Positions 11,200-29,926 of a stretch of DNA of 64,000 nucleotides are shown piece by piece. The notes under the pieces were generated by a model. The model saw nothing but the letters and a program-made list of their open reading frames with translations. It was not told the DNA's origin and did no database searches. The stretch lies in the NCBI GenBank assembly GCA_026023565.1, contig JAPETS010000039.1, positions 62,001 to 126,000 on the forward strand, read 5' to 3'. Source of the DNA: Cirrosporium novae-zelandiae. Lineage: Eukaryota. A program made the position numbers and the translations under genes. Position 1 is the first letter of the stretch; every line of letters starts with the position of its first letter.

Positions 11200-13774
11200 T
11201 CAGTCGTCATCACTTTCCCCTGCAACCAGGTCATCTAAATCCATATGTAATTGTGGGATATCATCATCGCTGTCGCTGTCGCTGTTACTGTTGTTACTTT
11301 CTTTATCTCCACCTTCACCCACCCCTTCTAGCTGCAGCGGTGGAGGAGATATATTGGATGAAGTGCCCTCCTCTCCGCCACTAAAATCCATCGTTTTATT
11401 ATTATTATCAGTACCATCGATATTAACACTGCCATCATCCCTCGACGACGGAAGATCAGTGATGTCAGAGGAATCAATGCGCCTGCGTTTCGGCGATGAT
11501 GTGAAACTGTGGTGATGAGTGTATTGTGCGGAAGGATAAGCGCGTTTTGGAGCTGGTGATTGTGATTGTGGGCTTGGGGATATGGATTTGGATTTAGGTT
11601 TTGAGTTGTTGTCGATTATGTTTCTGAGGGAGGCTTGGAGCTGGAGTTGGTCTTGGGAGGTGCTGGTGGATGAGTCTTGAGAGGGAAGAAGGACCTGAGA
11701 GATGGCTGCGATGTGTGTCTGTTTAGTGGCATCTAGATCCATAGTTCCTATTTCATAACCCTTTTCTTCTTCTTCTTCTTCTTCTTCTTCTTCTTCTTCT
11801 TCTTCTTCTCCAATATTGAGGTCTTTGACCTTCTTCCCTCGAAGTACTGGCATTCTAGGCCTTAATATCGCTTCTAAATCTCCATCCACACAACCTCTGC
11901 AGGCTCTTGCTGCCAGTGGCAAAATACTCGCCTTTGCATTCTTGGAACTATTTGCTGGATATAAGATGCTAGCTTTCATGGCTGTTTTGTGGTTGATTAG
12001 GATGGCTGTGCGGTCGATGAGAGTGCGAACTGATTCTGGAAGGTTCACGGAAAGGAAGGTTAGAAATATAGGGAGGAGGTTTCTGGAGGCTTCTTCGAGG
12101 GCTGGGTAGGATGTTGTTTTGGGGAGGTAGGCTTTCGACGAAGTGGAAAGGAGGGCTTCGGTATGGAGAGTGGATTGGGGTGCAGCTTGTTTGCCGTTTG
12201 TTTGAGAGGTAGTTTTGAGAGTGCTGTCTGAGTCGGCTGATGTTGGTAGGGGGAGGAGATCATGGCAGGCAGAAATGATGATTTCAGATATTGAGTTTAG
12301 TGCGTCCTTTTTTAATGATGGCCCAGAGAGGGGAAGCAAGCTGCCTAGGAGACGATAAATGTCTGCGCGGACATCCCTATTCCAGTGCTCTGTTTCAAAA
12401 ATCCACTCTATTTGCTCGAGAATAGCTCCGTGCAGAGGAATGGAAGCAGCGTCGAGCCTGGTCACAAGGGTTTGGAGGAGTTCAAGTACCTCTAGATGAA
12501 TAGATGGAACTTGGCTCCACAACCCCTCCCGCTCGTCTCTTCCGATTTCTGGATTGATTTTTTGGCTGCTTCCTCGCCTGTGGTAGCCGTTTTGCACAAG
12601 GCTTATCCGCTCCGTTAGTTCTAGAATGAGGGCAAGTGGTAGTGAGATTTGTGAGCTAGTTGGGGAGCCGATAAATGTCTTTAGTAGTGCTAGGAGTCCC
12701 TTTAAACGCTCCGTGCCAGCATATATCCCAGTCCAGAGAGGTAGTCCGAGGGTTTCATTTTGTGGACTTTGGACAGTTACATTAGAACTTGTTCTCGGGG
12801 GTCTAGTACTTAGTCCCGGACTTCGGGGCTCCCAATCTTCGATGACAGCTCTGAATGCCTGGTCTGCAGTGACATGAACACTCTCCACCACTGATCGTAA
12901 GGCGGTACCCCACTCAGCACTCGAAGAAGTTTTCGGCGCACAGTGGTGAAGAATCACAAATAACTGCTGGGCCAAGTTCTCTGCGGTATCCGAAACTATC
13001 AAGTCCGGGACAGGGCTTGAATTGCGTTCATCTTGGTTTCCAAACATAGATGGCGTTGGCGCAACCAAGGGTAGCAGAATTTTTTGGATCTGTGTGGCAG
13101 GTGGTCGAAATGTGGCTGGATGATGAGGAATGAGATGGCAGAATGCATCCAAAACAGTCTCTAGAAGGGAGGTGGATATATTGGCTCTAATACAGGTATT
13201 TGAATGATCCTTTATGGAGATCAGATTTAAGCATGATGGAATGAACTTGGCTAGAGTAGGTGTGGTCAACTCTCGAACTAGAGATTGATATTGGTGTGTT
13301 AACAAGAAGATTCTCGTTAGTGTGATGATGGTCATAGTTTTTGTGGATATTGGATCTGGTTTCTATTGAATGGTTAGGAAAGTGGACTAATTGCTTCTAC
13401 TATAATGAGAGATGATAGAAAAGACCTACGGTTAGTATTCCAAGGAGGCCATGAATCCAAGGTCCTGAAGTTCGTAAAATTTCATATCCTCCAGCCTCAA
13501 TCGCAGCTTTCACTAACACCACAGCTGCCCATCGTCCTTCTACACTTTTGTCTTGCAACAGACTTGATAGTCTGGTCTTGAGTTTATGCACAATAACCGC
13601 ATCTTCATTTCCAAGCTTAGTCGAGTGATTTTCTGGAGCTGATAGAAGGGCTGAACAAGAACTCAGAGAGCTTGCTAGATGTGGAACTATGTGCGGTAAA
13701 GCATAGGATGGAGTAGTAATTAGACGATTGGTTATTGCTCGTAGCGGAGAGGGAAGGTGCGAAGGAGGGGCCAT
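11200..13774 (-). CDS. RIX1: Pre-rRNA processing protein Rix1 (rixosome subunit), 2 exons
   Basis: N-terminal RIX1 domain (LRAITNRL, VHKLKTRLSSLLQDKSVEGRWAAVVLVKA, then ITLTRIFLLTHQYQSLVRELTTPTL) and acidic tail DSDDDIPQL. One intron at about 13364-13429. Confidence 0.88.
11764..11808. repeat. (TTC)n trinucleotide repeat encoding poly-Glu inside RIX1
   Basis: Perfect ttc run that translates as the EEEEEEEEEEEEEEE tract on the minus strand. Confidence 0.9.
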
Positions 13775-14205
13775 TTGAAAGTTAATAATTGAATTGAGCA
13801 GAAATATAAAAAAGAAAGAAAAAGAAAAAAGAAATGGAAAAGTTTTCCAACCTAGCCAGCCTTACAACAACAACTTAGGGAAAAGAATCAAAAAAGTTCA
13901 AAAAAGTTCAAAAAAAATTGTTGGTTCGAGTGGACGCGCCAAGATGGCAATAATAGTTAAACGTCACAGGAGAACAGTGGGAGCAAAGTTATCGCGTTGT
14001 CAGTGTAATTAGACGGTGTGTGTGCATTGACGATAATTACATATTCTAATTAATCTTTAAAATTATAGGTCCTTCAGCAAAACATTCAACTTCCTCCTCA
14101 TCTCCTCAAGATTTATCCTGGAAGCTCAAGCTCAAGCTCAAGCATTTCATATTTTCTAGCTTCCTCGGTTGCTTGGTTCAGAATCATCATGCCATTGTCA
14201 AGAAG

Positions 14206-17200
14206 ATGAGCAGCGTTAGTCCTTCAAGTCAGCTTGCAGCGACTCCCGACCCTTCTCCGCTTCCACTTTGAAAGCTGCGTATTAGTTAATGTAAACTGAC
14301 AGTTGATCTGATCAAAGCAGGGAAACCCAGAAAAGGCGGCACGATACATCGAGAGCTTAGATACAGCTCGATCCGAGGGTCGATGGTCGGAAGTGCCTGA
14401 ACTTGTCCGCAAAGTACGCAAGCATGCGCCCCAGCGAAAATGTGAGCACGTAAAGATTCAGCACAATAATTGTATCTTTGGACTTGATCTATAGGAATGC
14501 TAACTACTTGAGAAGGCCTTACTTTGACAGCGGAATCAGAATGTCACATTGCAACCCGTCCTCTGAGTCGGCCCACCACTGCCTCTTCTATCACTAGATC
14601 AACTCTCACCGACTTGGTACCTCCGTTACTTGCAGCCATCGAGGAAGCAACTCTGCCATTTCCAGATGTCACGCAAGCTCAATCATGTCTTGGATGGATA
14701 CATTATACTTTAAACGAACCCTCCCTTGCAATATCAAGATTACCTGAAGACTTCGATGCACTGTTGAAAGATACTCAATCAGAAGAAAAGCGGATTTCTG
14801 GATGGACGTTGGTCTGCATATTAAGAAGTGTATATATTAAAGGTTGGAAATACGAAACATGAATTTTTTCCCACTCTGACCGTTTTAGGCTTCTCCCAGG
14901 AGAAATCATTAAGCCCCCAAGATGCAATCAAAACTTATCAATCTGCTCTACCCTTTTTCGAGAAATATTTACCAGCATCTAATTCGCCCCCACAACGCAA
15001 ACTTTGGACTGAGCGATCATTTGCGCATTTCTGCATTCTAGCAAGGGAACAAGCTAGGATAGACCATGACTCCGAAAGAATTGCTACTACCCTTACGGCC
15101 TTCCGACTGTGGGCAATATTCTGCGATTCTGTACCAACTTCGACAGCCGTGGATGTAGCCCGCCCGCAGATCTGGAAAGCATATTACGACTTCCTATCAA
15201 TTATCCTTCAGAAGGGGTTTCCCTATGTGGTTTCTTCTACTAAGCATGCGGAAGCAGTAGCTGAAAAAGAAGATGATAATAAGATACCCCCGCGCATGCA
15301 GCAAGCCACAGAATTGAAACGTGTGCAGACAATATTTGAGAATACACTTCTTAAACAGGTTCGATTCCCCAAGGCTAATGAGTCAAATGAAGAGATGGAA
15401 GCATGGGTGGATCAGGTAATTGCGAATTGGAAAATTCTTTGTGGACCAACGTGGCAAGACGATGATCTTGGTGAGGGTGGTCAAAATGCCGTAGGTAGAA
15501 ATGTACTTGATGTAAGTTGTTCAGCGTTTTAGGTATATCTAAACCCTACAATTTGCTGAAAATTTCCAGATCCTCTACCGAGCAGCTACGAAATCATATC
15601 ATTCAACGACTATTCTGAGACATTTATTTACGGTCCATATTTATTTGGCAGAGTTTGATCTAGCCTTCAAAGCTTTTGACTCATATGTGGAGATTGTAAC
15701 GAGAGGAAACGCTCGTGCAGAAAAGTCAGGGGAGATTGACCCAGGCCTAGATGATGATAATACTGTATTGAGAACTGCAGCAGAGGCCATTCGTGTGTTG
15801 TGCCAATTTGGAGGAACGGGTGAAGCAGAAAAAGCAAAGGACCTTGGATCGACCCTGGAAAAGTGGTTGGCGAGACATCACCCCGATCTTTCCCCTCAGA
15901 CTGTCAACGGAGATAAGCCTTCAGATATCCAGAATGGTGACTCAGTACAAGATTCTCAGCCAAAGGTGTCACCAAAAACTTTAGCAATTGCCTACAGAGC
16001 GTTAGGAATTAGCCAAGCTCATTGGGCTCGGATCACATTTGACCCTATTATACGTGCGGAGTTTCAGACCAAAGCAGTCAAAAGCCTTCAAACTGCGCTC
16101 TCGCCGGATTTTGGTGATATTAACAATATTGAATCCCTCTATGCACTTGGGCTGCTATTTGCTGAGAAGCGTAGCCTGAATCAGGCGCTTAAGGTATTGA
16201 AGCAAGCTCTTGCAGTTCAAGATGCAAGCTCGGTCCCTCGTGATATTGATGGCGTGATTTCTGAAGATAGCCCTCTAGAAACTAGAGATGTTGGTCAAGG
16301 GGACTATGTTAGAGAACACAAGCTGATACCAGTCTGGCACCTCATAGCACTGCTTCTTAGCGCCAAACAAGATTTCGAGAATGCAGAGAAAGCATGTGAA
16401 GCAGCTATTGAGCAGTTTTCACTTGTTTACGATATCTTTGGACACGCTCGGAAGGCGTCCTCGGGTTCAAAAGTCACTACATCGGATAAATATGCAGGCT
16501 CTGGGATCACTGATACTATGCTTGGCATGGAGAAAGAGAGAATCATCGAAGTTCGAATGACACAGTTAGCCTTGGTGGAAGTACTAGAGGGGCCTGAGGT
16601 TGCCGTGAATTCAAGCGATGAGTTATTGAGTCTTTTCGCAAAGCTTTTCAGGGGGTTTGATATGGAAAAGCCTCGAAGAGAGGAGGCAGAATCACTAGTC
16701 CCCCCCAAGAGTTCGGCTGGAACGATTAAAAGCATAACAGGGAGTATCTTCGGGCGACGCAAAACTGCAAGAAATACTCCTCTAACGCAAAATTCCGCTA
16801 GCACACTTCCTCAACGAAGCCAGTCAGAAAAAAGAACACGGTCTGCTTCAGGGGGTAGTGATGCTCCTGTCATCCATGTTACAGATGAGCATGGTAAAGT
16901 GCCGAAATCTGACCATAGTCTCTACGATATCGACCAAAATGAGGATAAATCAGTTCGCAGAGATAAGAGTGTCACAAGAAAGCTACGCAGGAAAAGTTGC
17001 GATAATAGAATGAATCCCGTCGAGGGCCAGGAGTGGGAGTATACGTCCGATAGCAGACCAACAAGCGTCCACAGTGCCCAACCCCAACCAATAAGTTTAG
17101 ATCAACGACCAGCATCTCCTGATGACGTTGGTGTCGCCGTATCTGTGAATATTCCATCCCCTCCAAGACCAGCTACTTCTGGCCACGATCAATCTCGTGG

Positions 17201-18191
17201 GGCTATGCAACCACTTCCCCGTATGCGACATAATATCCCATTTAAGAAATATCCTCCCCCTCCGGGTCATAGGAATCAGCCCCCAAGACAAGATGTGCGA
17301 CTTCCAACTATATCTCCTTTCTCCTCGTCAACACAACCCGAACCAAAATTCCCACAGGCACAGGAGGAGAAACATGCTTTTGGTGTTCTCATTAAAATTT
17401 GGTTACTTATAGCTGGGTTGTACCGGCGTGCTAATATGTTTGAAGATGCTCGGGGAGCCTGTGATGAAGCTGAAAGCCTTATCGAGCGAGTGGAATCCCT
17501 TGTGGCTGTTCAAGATTCTAGTGCTCGAGGTTTCGCCGAGGCTAGTTGGGGTGGAAATAAAAGTGTTGACGAGCTTTGGAGCGACTTATTTACAGAGCGT
17601 GGTTATCTAGCTATGGCAAGAACGTTGCCTTACGAGGCGTTGGATAATTTTGAACAAGCTCTTGCTCACCGCCAAGAGCACCCTTCAGCTATCGTTGGAC
17701 TTTCTAACATTCTTCTCGATATTTATTCAGAAATAACTCCCCCCGAACCACCGTCCATGGATACGAATGTCTCCACGATATACGGTTTGGAAGACCCAGT
17801 GATCCCAGACGGTGAAATCAATAGAATGATGCGAGAGACCAGTCAAAGTGGTTCTCCAAAACAATTGAACGGGAACGGCAGCGGGGACGAGAACGGCAAT
17901 ATTAATCCTACCGATACCCCGATCCTTCAGGGAACCGTGGGTCATCGAAAAACCCCAGAAAGCTTGAACAGACTAGCAGCACGGGATCGTGCATACGGGC
18001 TTCTCTCTAATTTAACCAAATTGGGTACTGGATGGGATTTTTCAGAAGCTTGGTTTGCATTGGCAAGGGCGTATGAAGAGAGTGGTCAGGTTCAGAAGGC
18101 AAAAGATGTCCTTTGGTTTTGTGTAGAACTTGAAGATGGAAGGCCAATCAGGCACTGGCGAAATGTTGGGGGGGGAGGGTGTGTGTTATAG
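14206..18191 (+). CDS. YPP1: TPR protein Ypp1/Rhf1 (filamentation protein; PI4-kinase complex scaffold)
   Basis: 9-nt first exon (MSS), then GNPEKAARYIESLDTARSEGRWSEVPELVRKVRKHAP, LYRAATKSYHST, and C-terminal TPRs ending RDRAYGLLSNLTKLGTGWDFSEAWFALARAYEESGQ..LWFCVELEDGRPIRHW. About 5 exons. Confidence 0.85.
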
Positions 18192-18670
18192 AATTGAATA
18201 ATCGTGCAGCTACAAGGTGTTGCCAGAAACAGAGATTTATTTGGGTTGGTATAAGTAATGGCTTTTGATGATGATTAGTTTCAGACTGTTCCTGAGTAGA
18301 TTTTAGTATGAAGTACCTAATAATTACTGTTTCTATTGTTAGCTCCTTATCTTATCAGGCGGATCTACTGTAATCGTGAATCGCAGCATCTTACCGTTTC
18401 TCGAATGCAGGAGTCGTGTGAACTGACCGAGTTTCTAGCTTTGTGTCCACAAACTCGTTTCCTTTCCTCCAACAGAAAACTTTAGAATCAGCCAACCTTT
18501 ATATAGAATTTCATGGCTTGCTGACTCCTGCCAACTCATACTTTTCCCCATTCCCTTCACCACTAACTCACACCATCTCTCCCCAACCCCCCCTGACCCT
18601 TGCCGCTTCCTTTGCCATCACGTTCAACGTTCAACGTCCAGAAGTCTACTATCAACCGCCATCTACAATC

Positions 18671-19468
18671 ATGGGTTCGGAGGCAAAGCGAATTTTGATG
18701 AATGAGTACAAAACTCTCTCAAAAGAACCATGGGTCAATATTGAGGTGATTTGCTTTCTATTCTGCTCAAGGCCTTCCATCCGAAAATCATCGACGAAGA
18801 CTGACCACAACCTAGCTCGACGAAGCGAACATTCTTAGCTGGGAAGTTGCTCTTATGGTCCTGAACCCGGACTCACTTTACTATGGTGGATATTTCAAAG
18901 CGAAAATGACATTTCCTACAAATTACCCATATTCACCTCCCAGTACGTCTAAGATTCAAATTAAAGTAGCCAGAGCTGACCTCTTCTAGCGTTTAGATTC
19001 ATTCGATCACTTATTCACCCAAATATTTACAAGGATGGAAGGCTGTGCATTTCTATCCTGCACGCCCCTGGGGATGATGAAATGTCTGGAGAACTAGCCT
19101 CTGAGCGCTGGTCCCCTGTTCAGTCCGTCGAAACCGTTTTACTCTCGATACTATCATTACTCGATGATGCGGAGGTGTCTTCCCCTGCCAATGTTGACGC
19201 TGGTGTTCTACTCCGTAGAAGCCCAGAGGAATATAAAGAGCTGGTGAAGAAGGACGTGGAAGCTTCCAAAAGAGACATTCCAGAGGGTTTCGTGATGCCT
19301 ACTCACGAGTCAACTAGACCACTACCACCTACAAAGGACAAAGTAGATGACGACTTCTGGGCTGACTCGGATGAAGACTTCTCATTTGGAGGAAGTGATT
19401 CTGATGAAGATATGGCTGACGATGACGAAGAGCTCGAAAATGAGAGTGACGAAGACGAAGACGAATAA
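18671..19468 (+). CDS. CDC34: Ubiquitin-conjugating enzyme E2, Cdc34/Ubc3-like, 3 exons
   Basis: YYGGYFKAKMTFPTNYPYSPP, HPNIYKDGRLCISILH (catalytic Cys), the Ubc3/Ubc7-type acidic insertion loop APGDDEMSGELASERWSP, and a long acidic C-terminal tail. Confidence 0.8.
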
Positions 19469-20201
19469 GGTCCGACTCGCGTTGCTTTTCCTGCTAAATT
19501 ATATGGGATAAAGGCAATCCTGGATGCCTGCAGCTATTCCCCCAATTCTTTTATGAATGGACTTGATGGATTGTTATGATGCTACGACTGGTGCAAATTC
19601 ATGGATTATCTAGCACATTACTTACGGAAAGCATCTTCATGGTGGCGTTTGCTCTAGGTGGACTTGCAAGGTATGCATGCATCTTAGCAAGGCGTTAGTG
19701 GATGATTTAACATAAGAGGTCTTTTTAGATCTTCCCTTACAACTTTAGTACTGAGCCAATAGATAGCAATGTTATAGGCCAAAAGTAATGGGCCTTGTTG
19801 ATGGAAACCTTTGGAACATTTTTAGAATGATCAGTTTATATATATATAGTGGAGCCTGTTTATACGCTCTGCTGTGCAGATAGATACGAATAGCTGATTG
19901 CTCAAACACTTTAGTGTTCTGTTTGATGTGTGGAAATATGTATGGCCCATGCCCGATTTACGGCATGACGTGAGAAGGACAATACAGGCGACTAACGATA
20001 TTAGGATTAGTCGGTATTTCCAGGTTACACCTTCCATTAGATAGACTAGATATCTATTCCATTCTACATCGGTAACGTAGCTATCAACTTTGATCTCGTT
20101 AGCTACGATAATTCTACACTCAAGTTCCCAAGGGTTTCGATTTTTCTTTAATACATGTCTCATGCGGGGTCTATCCGACTATACTACTGATACATTCCGC
20201 G

Positions 20202-23161
20202 ATGGCTTTACAACCCTCTCCGGAATCAGTTACTCGTTTCATTGAGTTCGCCAACGTCGATCACACTCAGGCAATACGATGGATCAAGGTATGGTTCCTG
20301 AACTGCACGCTGCAATCAACTCTAACAATATTGGTAGGCTCATGGTGGTAGCGTGGAGAATGCTTTAGGTGCATTTTTTGAGGATCCCAAATCTTTAGAC
20401 GTGAGATTCAATAATTACTCGAAGATTCCAACGAAACTGAAGGCCCTGCTGGCAGAAAAATGCTTCTTTTAACTGGCAAGACCCTACTGGGTGGGATGAG
20501 AGTCAATTTCATATCGACAAGGCACAAGATGGACAAGTGAACCCGCCTGGTGCGTATGAATTCCAAAATCAATTTAATTGTCCTAGAAATTTCTAATGCT
20601 AAAGCTTCCTACGTATAGCTTATGACCTTTCTAACTCTCTCCAACCCGATGTATTCAATAACGCGCCAACAAGAACGCCTTCTAGAGTAAGCAACCGCAG
20701 CAATAGATCTATGATAGATCTGACCGCAGAACATGCCGCTGGTAACGCTCCAACAGCCCTTTCACTGTGGCACTCCTGTTGATAGGTTCAAAATATAGCA
20801 GATCCAAGCCAGAGTATGTCCATGGCAGATATGTCCATAGCAGATCGTGAACAACATGACCTAGATCAAGCTGTTGCTGCATCACTCAATTACGCAACCA
20901 ATATCCAAGAAAACGGTGTTACAGATATTTATAAACCATCGTTTGGCCCCGCCAACCGTGATCATTACGACGCGAATGAATGGGCAATGACAATTTCAAG
21001 CTCTGCCAAAGAGGTTGTGGAACCATATAATCGCCGGCGAGAGTCACATGAGCCTGCATTTATCAAGCCTTCAATGGCAGCAGAATATTTACCGGCTCTC
21101 CTCACCATCCTGCATCAGATACCTTTAGCTAAAGAAGCTCTGTTAGTTCAAAACCGAGTACTGGCCGATTATGGATATGACAATGAATGGTGGGATGGCG
21201 CAACCTGCAAGACGTCAAAAATCGTCACATTGGGCCAAGAAGCTCATGATTCAGATCAGCATGATCTCTTGTCTGAGGTTCAGCGGCTGATGTCTTTCCT
21301 TAATTTGACTGATCGTGCCTATGGAAGCTGTGAAAATTTGGTTACTTCGCCTCTTGTTCGCAATGGCAAGGAACCATTTGTAGCAGCAAACTTCTACTTA
21401 GCTTTGATCAAGGCTTTAGATACCGTTACTCCAGGCCACCATGGAAAAGAATTATTCCAGTCAGTTGTGCATAGAGAAAGAGAAGTGGATAATACCATCA
21501 CGCAAAAGACAGAATTCTGTCATCTGTACATTACCACGTTCCCTTCGGAATATGCTTCTTACCCTGAAGCTACGCTTTACGATGCGATCGATGAACTGTT
21601 ATGGGGACAAGACGGCGAGTCGGATGTTCTTGAAGAAAGCATTTATATTGCGAATCTTGCTGAGGTCATCACAATTCACTTGGAACAGGGCAGTTCAGAC
21701 CAAAATTCTGGAAATCCCGTTGAGATTCCAATCATACTTTGTGCTGATCGCTACCATCGTGACCAGAGAAAGAGCATATGCTCACTGAGAGAGGAGAGAG
21801 TGCGACGGCAGAAAGAAGTAGCAAAGTATGATCGAATCATTAATAGGATTAAGAACGTGCACAACCCACGCGGATCACATCTAGACTATGAAAAACTGTT
21901 CTCTGCGATGATCTCGAAGCTAGCCCGCTTGGATGACGGAACTCAAGCAAAGGTTTCTAGTAGTTCAGAACTGGGCCATAGGGGATCTCAAACTTTTGCT
22001 CCACAATACGGCAAGCTGGGTGAGCAGTTGGAAGGTGTGCGTATTCAGATCCAAGACAAGCTTAAGAGTAGGTCCCAGCCTTGTTCTCAAGATCCGTCGT
22101 AAGCTTTGGCCTAAGCTTGAGGATCGTACAACACAGACGACTGATGCGCAACAGGTCTTGAAAATAAAAAACAAGAAGCATATGATCATCTTGGAAAAGC
22201 CTCCAAAATATATACCCAATACAGCGATCCTCCTCCCGGTGGATATAAGCACGCATACACCTTACGGGGGGCAGCAACCGACTATGGAACCATATTTTTC
22301 CGATCGCCAAGTGCTTCTCTGTCTGAATGGTGGATGATCAATGTGCCTGCTGAACAACCCAGAGTCACCACTCTTTCTCAAAGCCAGCTTGATGACCAGA
22401 CATTTCGTGATTCAAAAGCCCCTTACTCGTTACATCAAGTCGAAGAACAAGAGCTAAAGGTAGCCCTCAAAGGGACTAAGTGGGCATTACTTGTCTACGC
22501 GAGTGAGAAGGCTATGGAACCTGTTACTTCGGATATTCCACCTCAGCTTATGGTAAGTTTATTTTTATTCATGTTCGCATGCTTTCGAGCCGGGTATATT
22601 CGGTTTGGGCTTTGCCTCTTAAAATCTTCTTTCCTTGGTCTGCGATAACATCGAACCTGTTTGGTTCTAATTTGGCTTCACTTGCAAACACTGAGGATTT
22701 GAACATTCGAGTAACATGAAAATTAGAACTTCATAAGGACAGACAATCATTCATTTGAGGCTGAAATTAGAAATGCCAACACTCCAAGGGATGATGATGA
22801 TGTATCATCGACTGGACCTATGGGGGCCCGAAGCAGTATTGGTGATGAAGACATGCTGGACGATAATCCGAATTTCTACAACAAGGAAGAATTGTCGCAA
22901 CGAACCTCGAGCACGGGAACACTTGATTTTGAAAAGGGCGAAAATATTCCAATCGGACTGCAGACTTCCAGCGACCCTGCACCTACCTCAGCAGAAGATG
23001 TGGAGATGGCGATGCATGGGCAGGAAATGGAAGAAAAAAGCAGCGCTGTAGGGTTATTGGGAAGCCCTCTGCTTAACAGGACAGATCCAAGCACCGAGAT
23101 TATGGAGATTGGCTCCGATACGGCCGATGATGAGCGTCCGTCGGCAATGCACGTAGAATGA
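20202..23161 (+). CDS. UBA-like plus ubiquitin-interacting-motif (UIM) protein, Rup1-like, multi-exon
   Basis: Spliced N-terminus MALQPSPESVTRFIEFANVDHTQAIRWIKAHGGSVENALGAFFEDP (UBA-like), UIM EQHDLDQAVAASLN, then PAFIKPS..YLPALLTILHQIPLAKEALL, YTLRG and ALLVYASEKA. The intron at 22068-22154 restores the frame. Confidence 0.72.
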
Positions 23162-23719
23162 AAGAGGACACGGGGTTCGGATTAACGTATGGTTGGAACA
23201 TGAAGGTACGGCTGTTCAGGTGAAAATAGGCAATCATGATACCCTTAGCTGCATAGCGTAGGTTGGATTTGGGAGGAATTTCATGAGGAATGAACTGGAT
23301 TTACGGTACTTGACTTGTACAGTAGTTGGTAATTATTACACGTCTACTGCGTAACTGGCCTAGGTCGGAGATATCCGTAAAGCCGAGAGAGGATCGGTTA
23401 GGCTGAAGTAGTTACATAGGCTCTTACATCATCCAAGTCAAAATAAACTTCCGTTTTAGGGAAAGTCGATCAAAGCGTGCCAGGCTGCCATTCTCCAACC
23501 AGAGGAACCTAGTAAGAGGCGTGCGAGGGAATCGAACGAGGAACCTTGTACCTTCCTGCTGCTTACCAATTCCAAGTCCAATCTCTTGCCATCCTCAATT
23601 CAGTTCTTTTATTTTTTTCTTTATAACCAGAAAACCCTCAATCATCTGCTGTGCAATCCGACCAATCTTGATCTTGATATCCATGAGAAGTTCAAGGACA
23701 ATTGCAGGTGTAACGCGCA

Positions 23720-28887
<5,168 letters not shown>

Positions 28888-29819
28888 GATTGGGACACAA
28901 CATGTTTGCACGGACTCGTCAACAGGTAGGGTTTTTCAACGGGGGTGGCGTCACAAGTTCACACAACAGGCAGCCAGGCTCAGGGACTGTGGCGGCGTCC
29001 GAAAACGGTGACGGGGAAACGGGAAAGTAAGACGGGAACAAAGGGTGCATTGACTTTTTTGACAGCGGATCTTAGAATTGGGCGAATGAATTTCGCAAAT
29101 TTCCTCGGCCCTTGATTTGTTGACGCGGTGGACGGTGGAAATGAAAAGGTACAAAGCAAGATAATCCACATAATTTCAGATATTGCGCATACATTATGTT
29201 TCATATATTACATATAAATCCAGGAAGATGGTTTTTTAGTTATTTTTAGTGCGTGGAACAGTTACTAGGGCTTTATCTGCAGTTTGACCACCTTTTGGGA
29301 GTCGATTCCTTTCCATGGGTGGGACCCAAGTAGTCGCTACTCGTACCTCTTTCTCATGACCATAGATAGCTAGAGTAGTGGGCAGTGGTCGGACCAAGAT
29401 CAGATATTAAAACAAATGTACCAAAGCCAAATTGGACGGCCGTCAAAACCATTATCAGCGATCAGCAACATGGATAATTAATTAGTCGGGAATCATGCAA
29501 CGGCGATGAGTGGTCGAGAGTAGCCGAGACAGAAGATGGGCCAAGAGACAAACTGAGACAAGCCGATCAAGTGGACATGATAGTTGGGTTCTGCGGCCAA
29601 ATAGGAGGTAAAAGTAAGTAATAAAATCATCAGGAAGGGGGAAGTGGGAAGAGGGGGAAAAAACAACAAGATCATCCACGGAGGATATTGCTGGCGTTTG
29701 ATGGATGAATTAGGGAAGGAAATAGGTAACCTGGCTGTCGGATTCTGAGCCCTGTTTAGTGGCACTTTTATTATTCTTTTTATTATTATTATTAATGTTC
29801 TTTTCTTCTGACGAGGTTG

Positions 29820-29820
29820 G

Positions 29821-29852
<32 letters not shown>

Positions 29853-29926
29853 GATGAAAAAGAAGATAATGTTTGATAGTAAAAATGGTAATTTTAAAAA
29901 AAAAAAAGAGAGAGAGAGAGAGAGAG
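29820..29926. repeat. (GATT)n, poly-A and (GA)n microsatellites
   Basis: tgattgatt run at about 29820-29851; poly-A followed by (ag)n at about 29895-29926. Confidence 0.85.

Noticed and set aside
9552..11384. Several 60-130 aa ORFs in the AT-rich MBOAT-RIX1 spacer
   Set aside because: Low-complexity microsatellite and homopolymer DNA of convergent 3' regions, with no coding signature.
21933..22337. Apparent frameshift in the UIM protein gene
   Set aside because: Explained by a canonical intron at 22068-22154.
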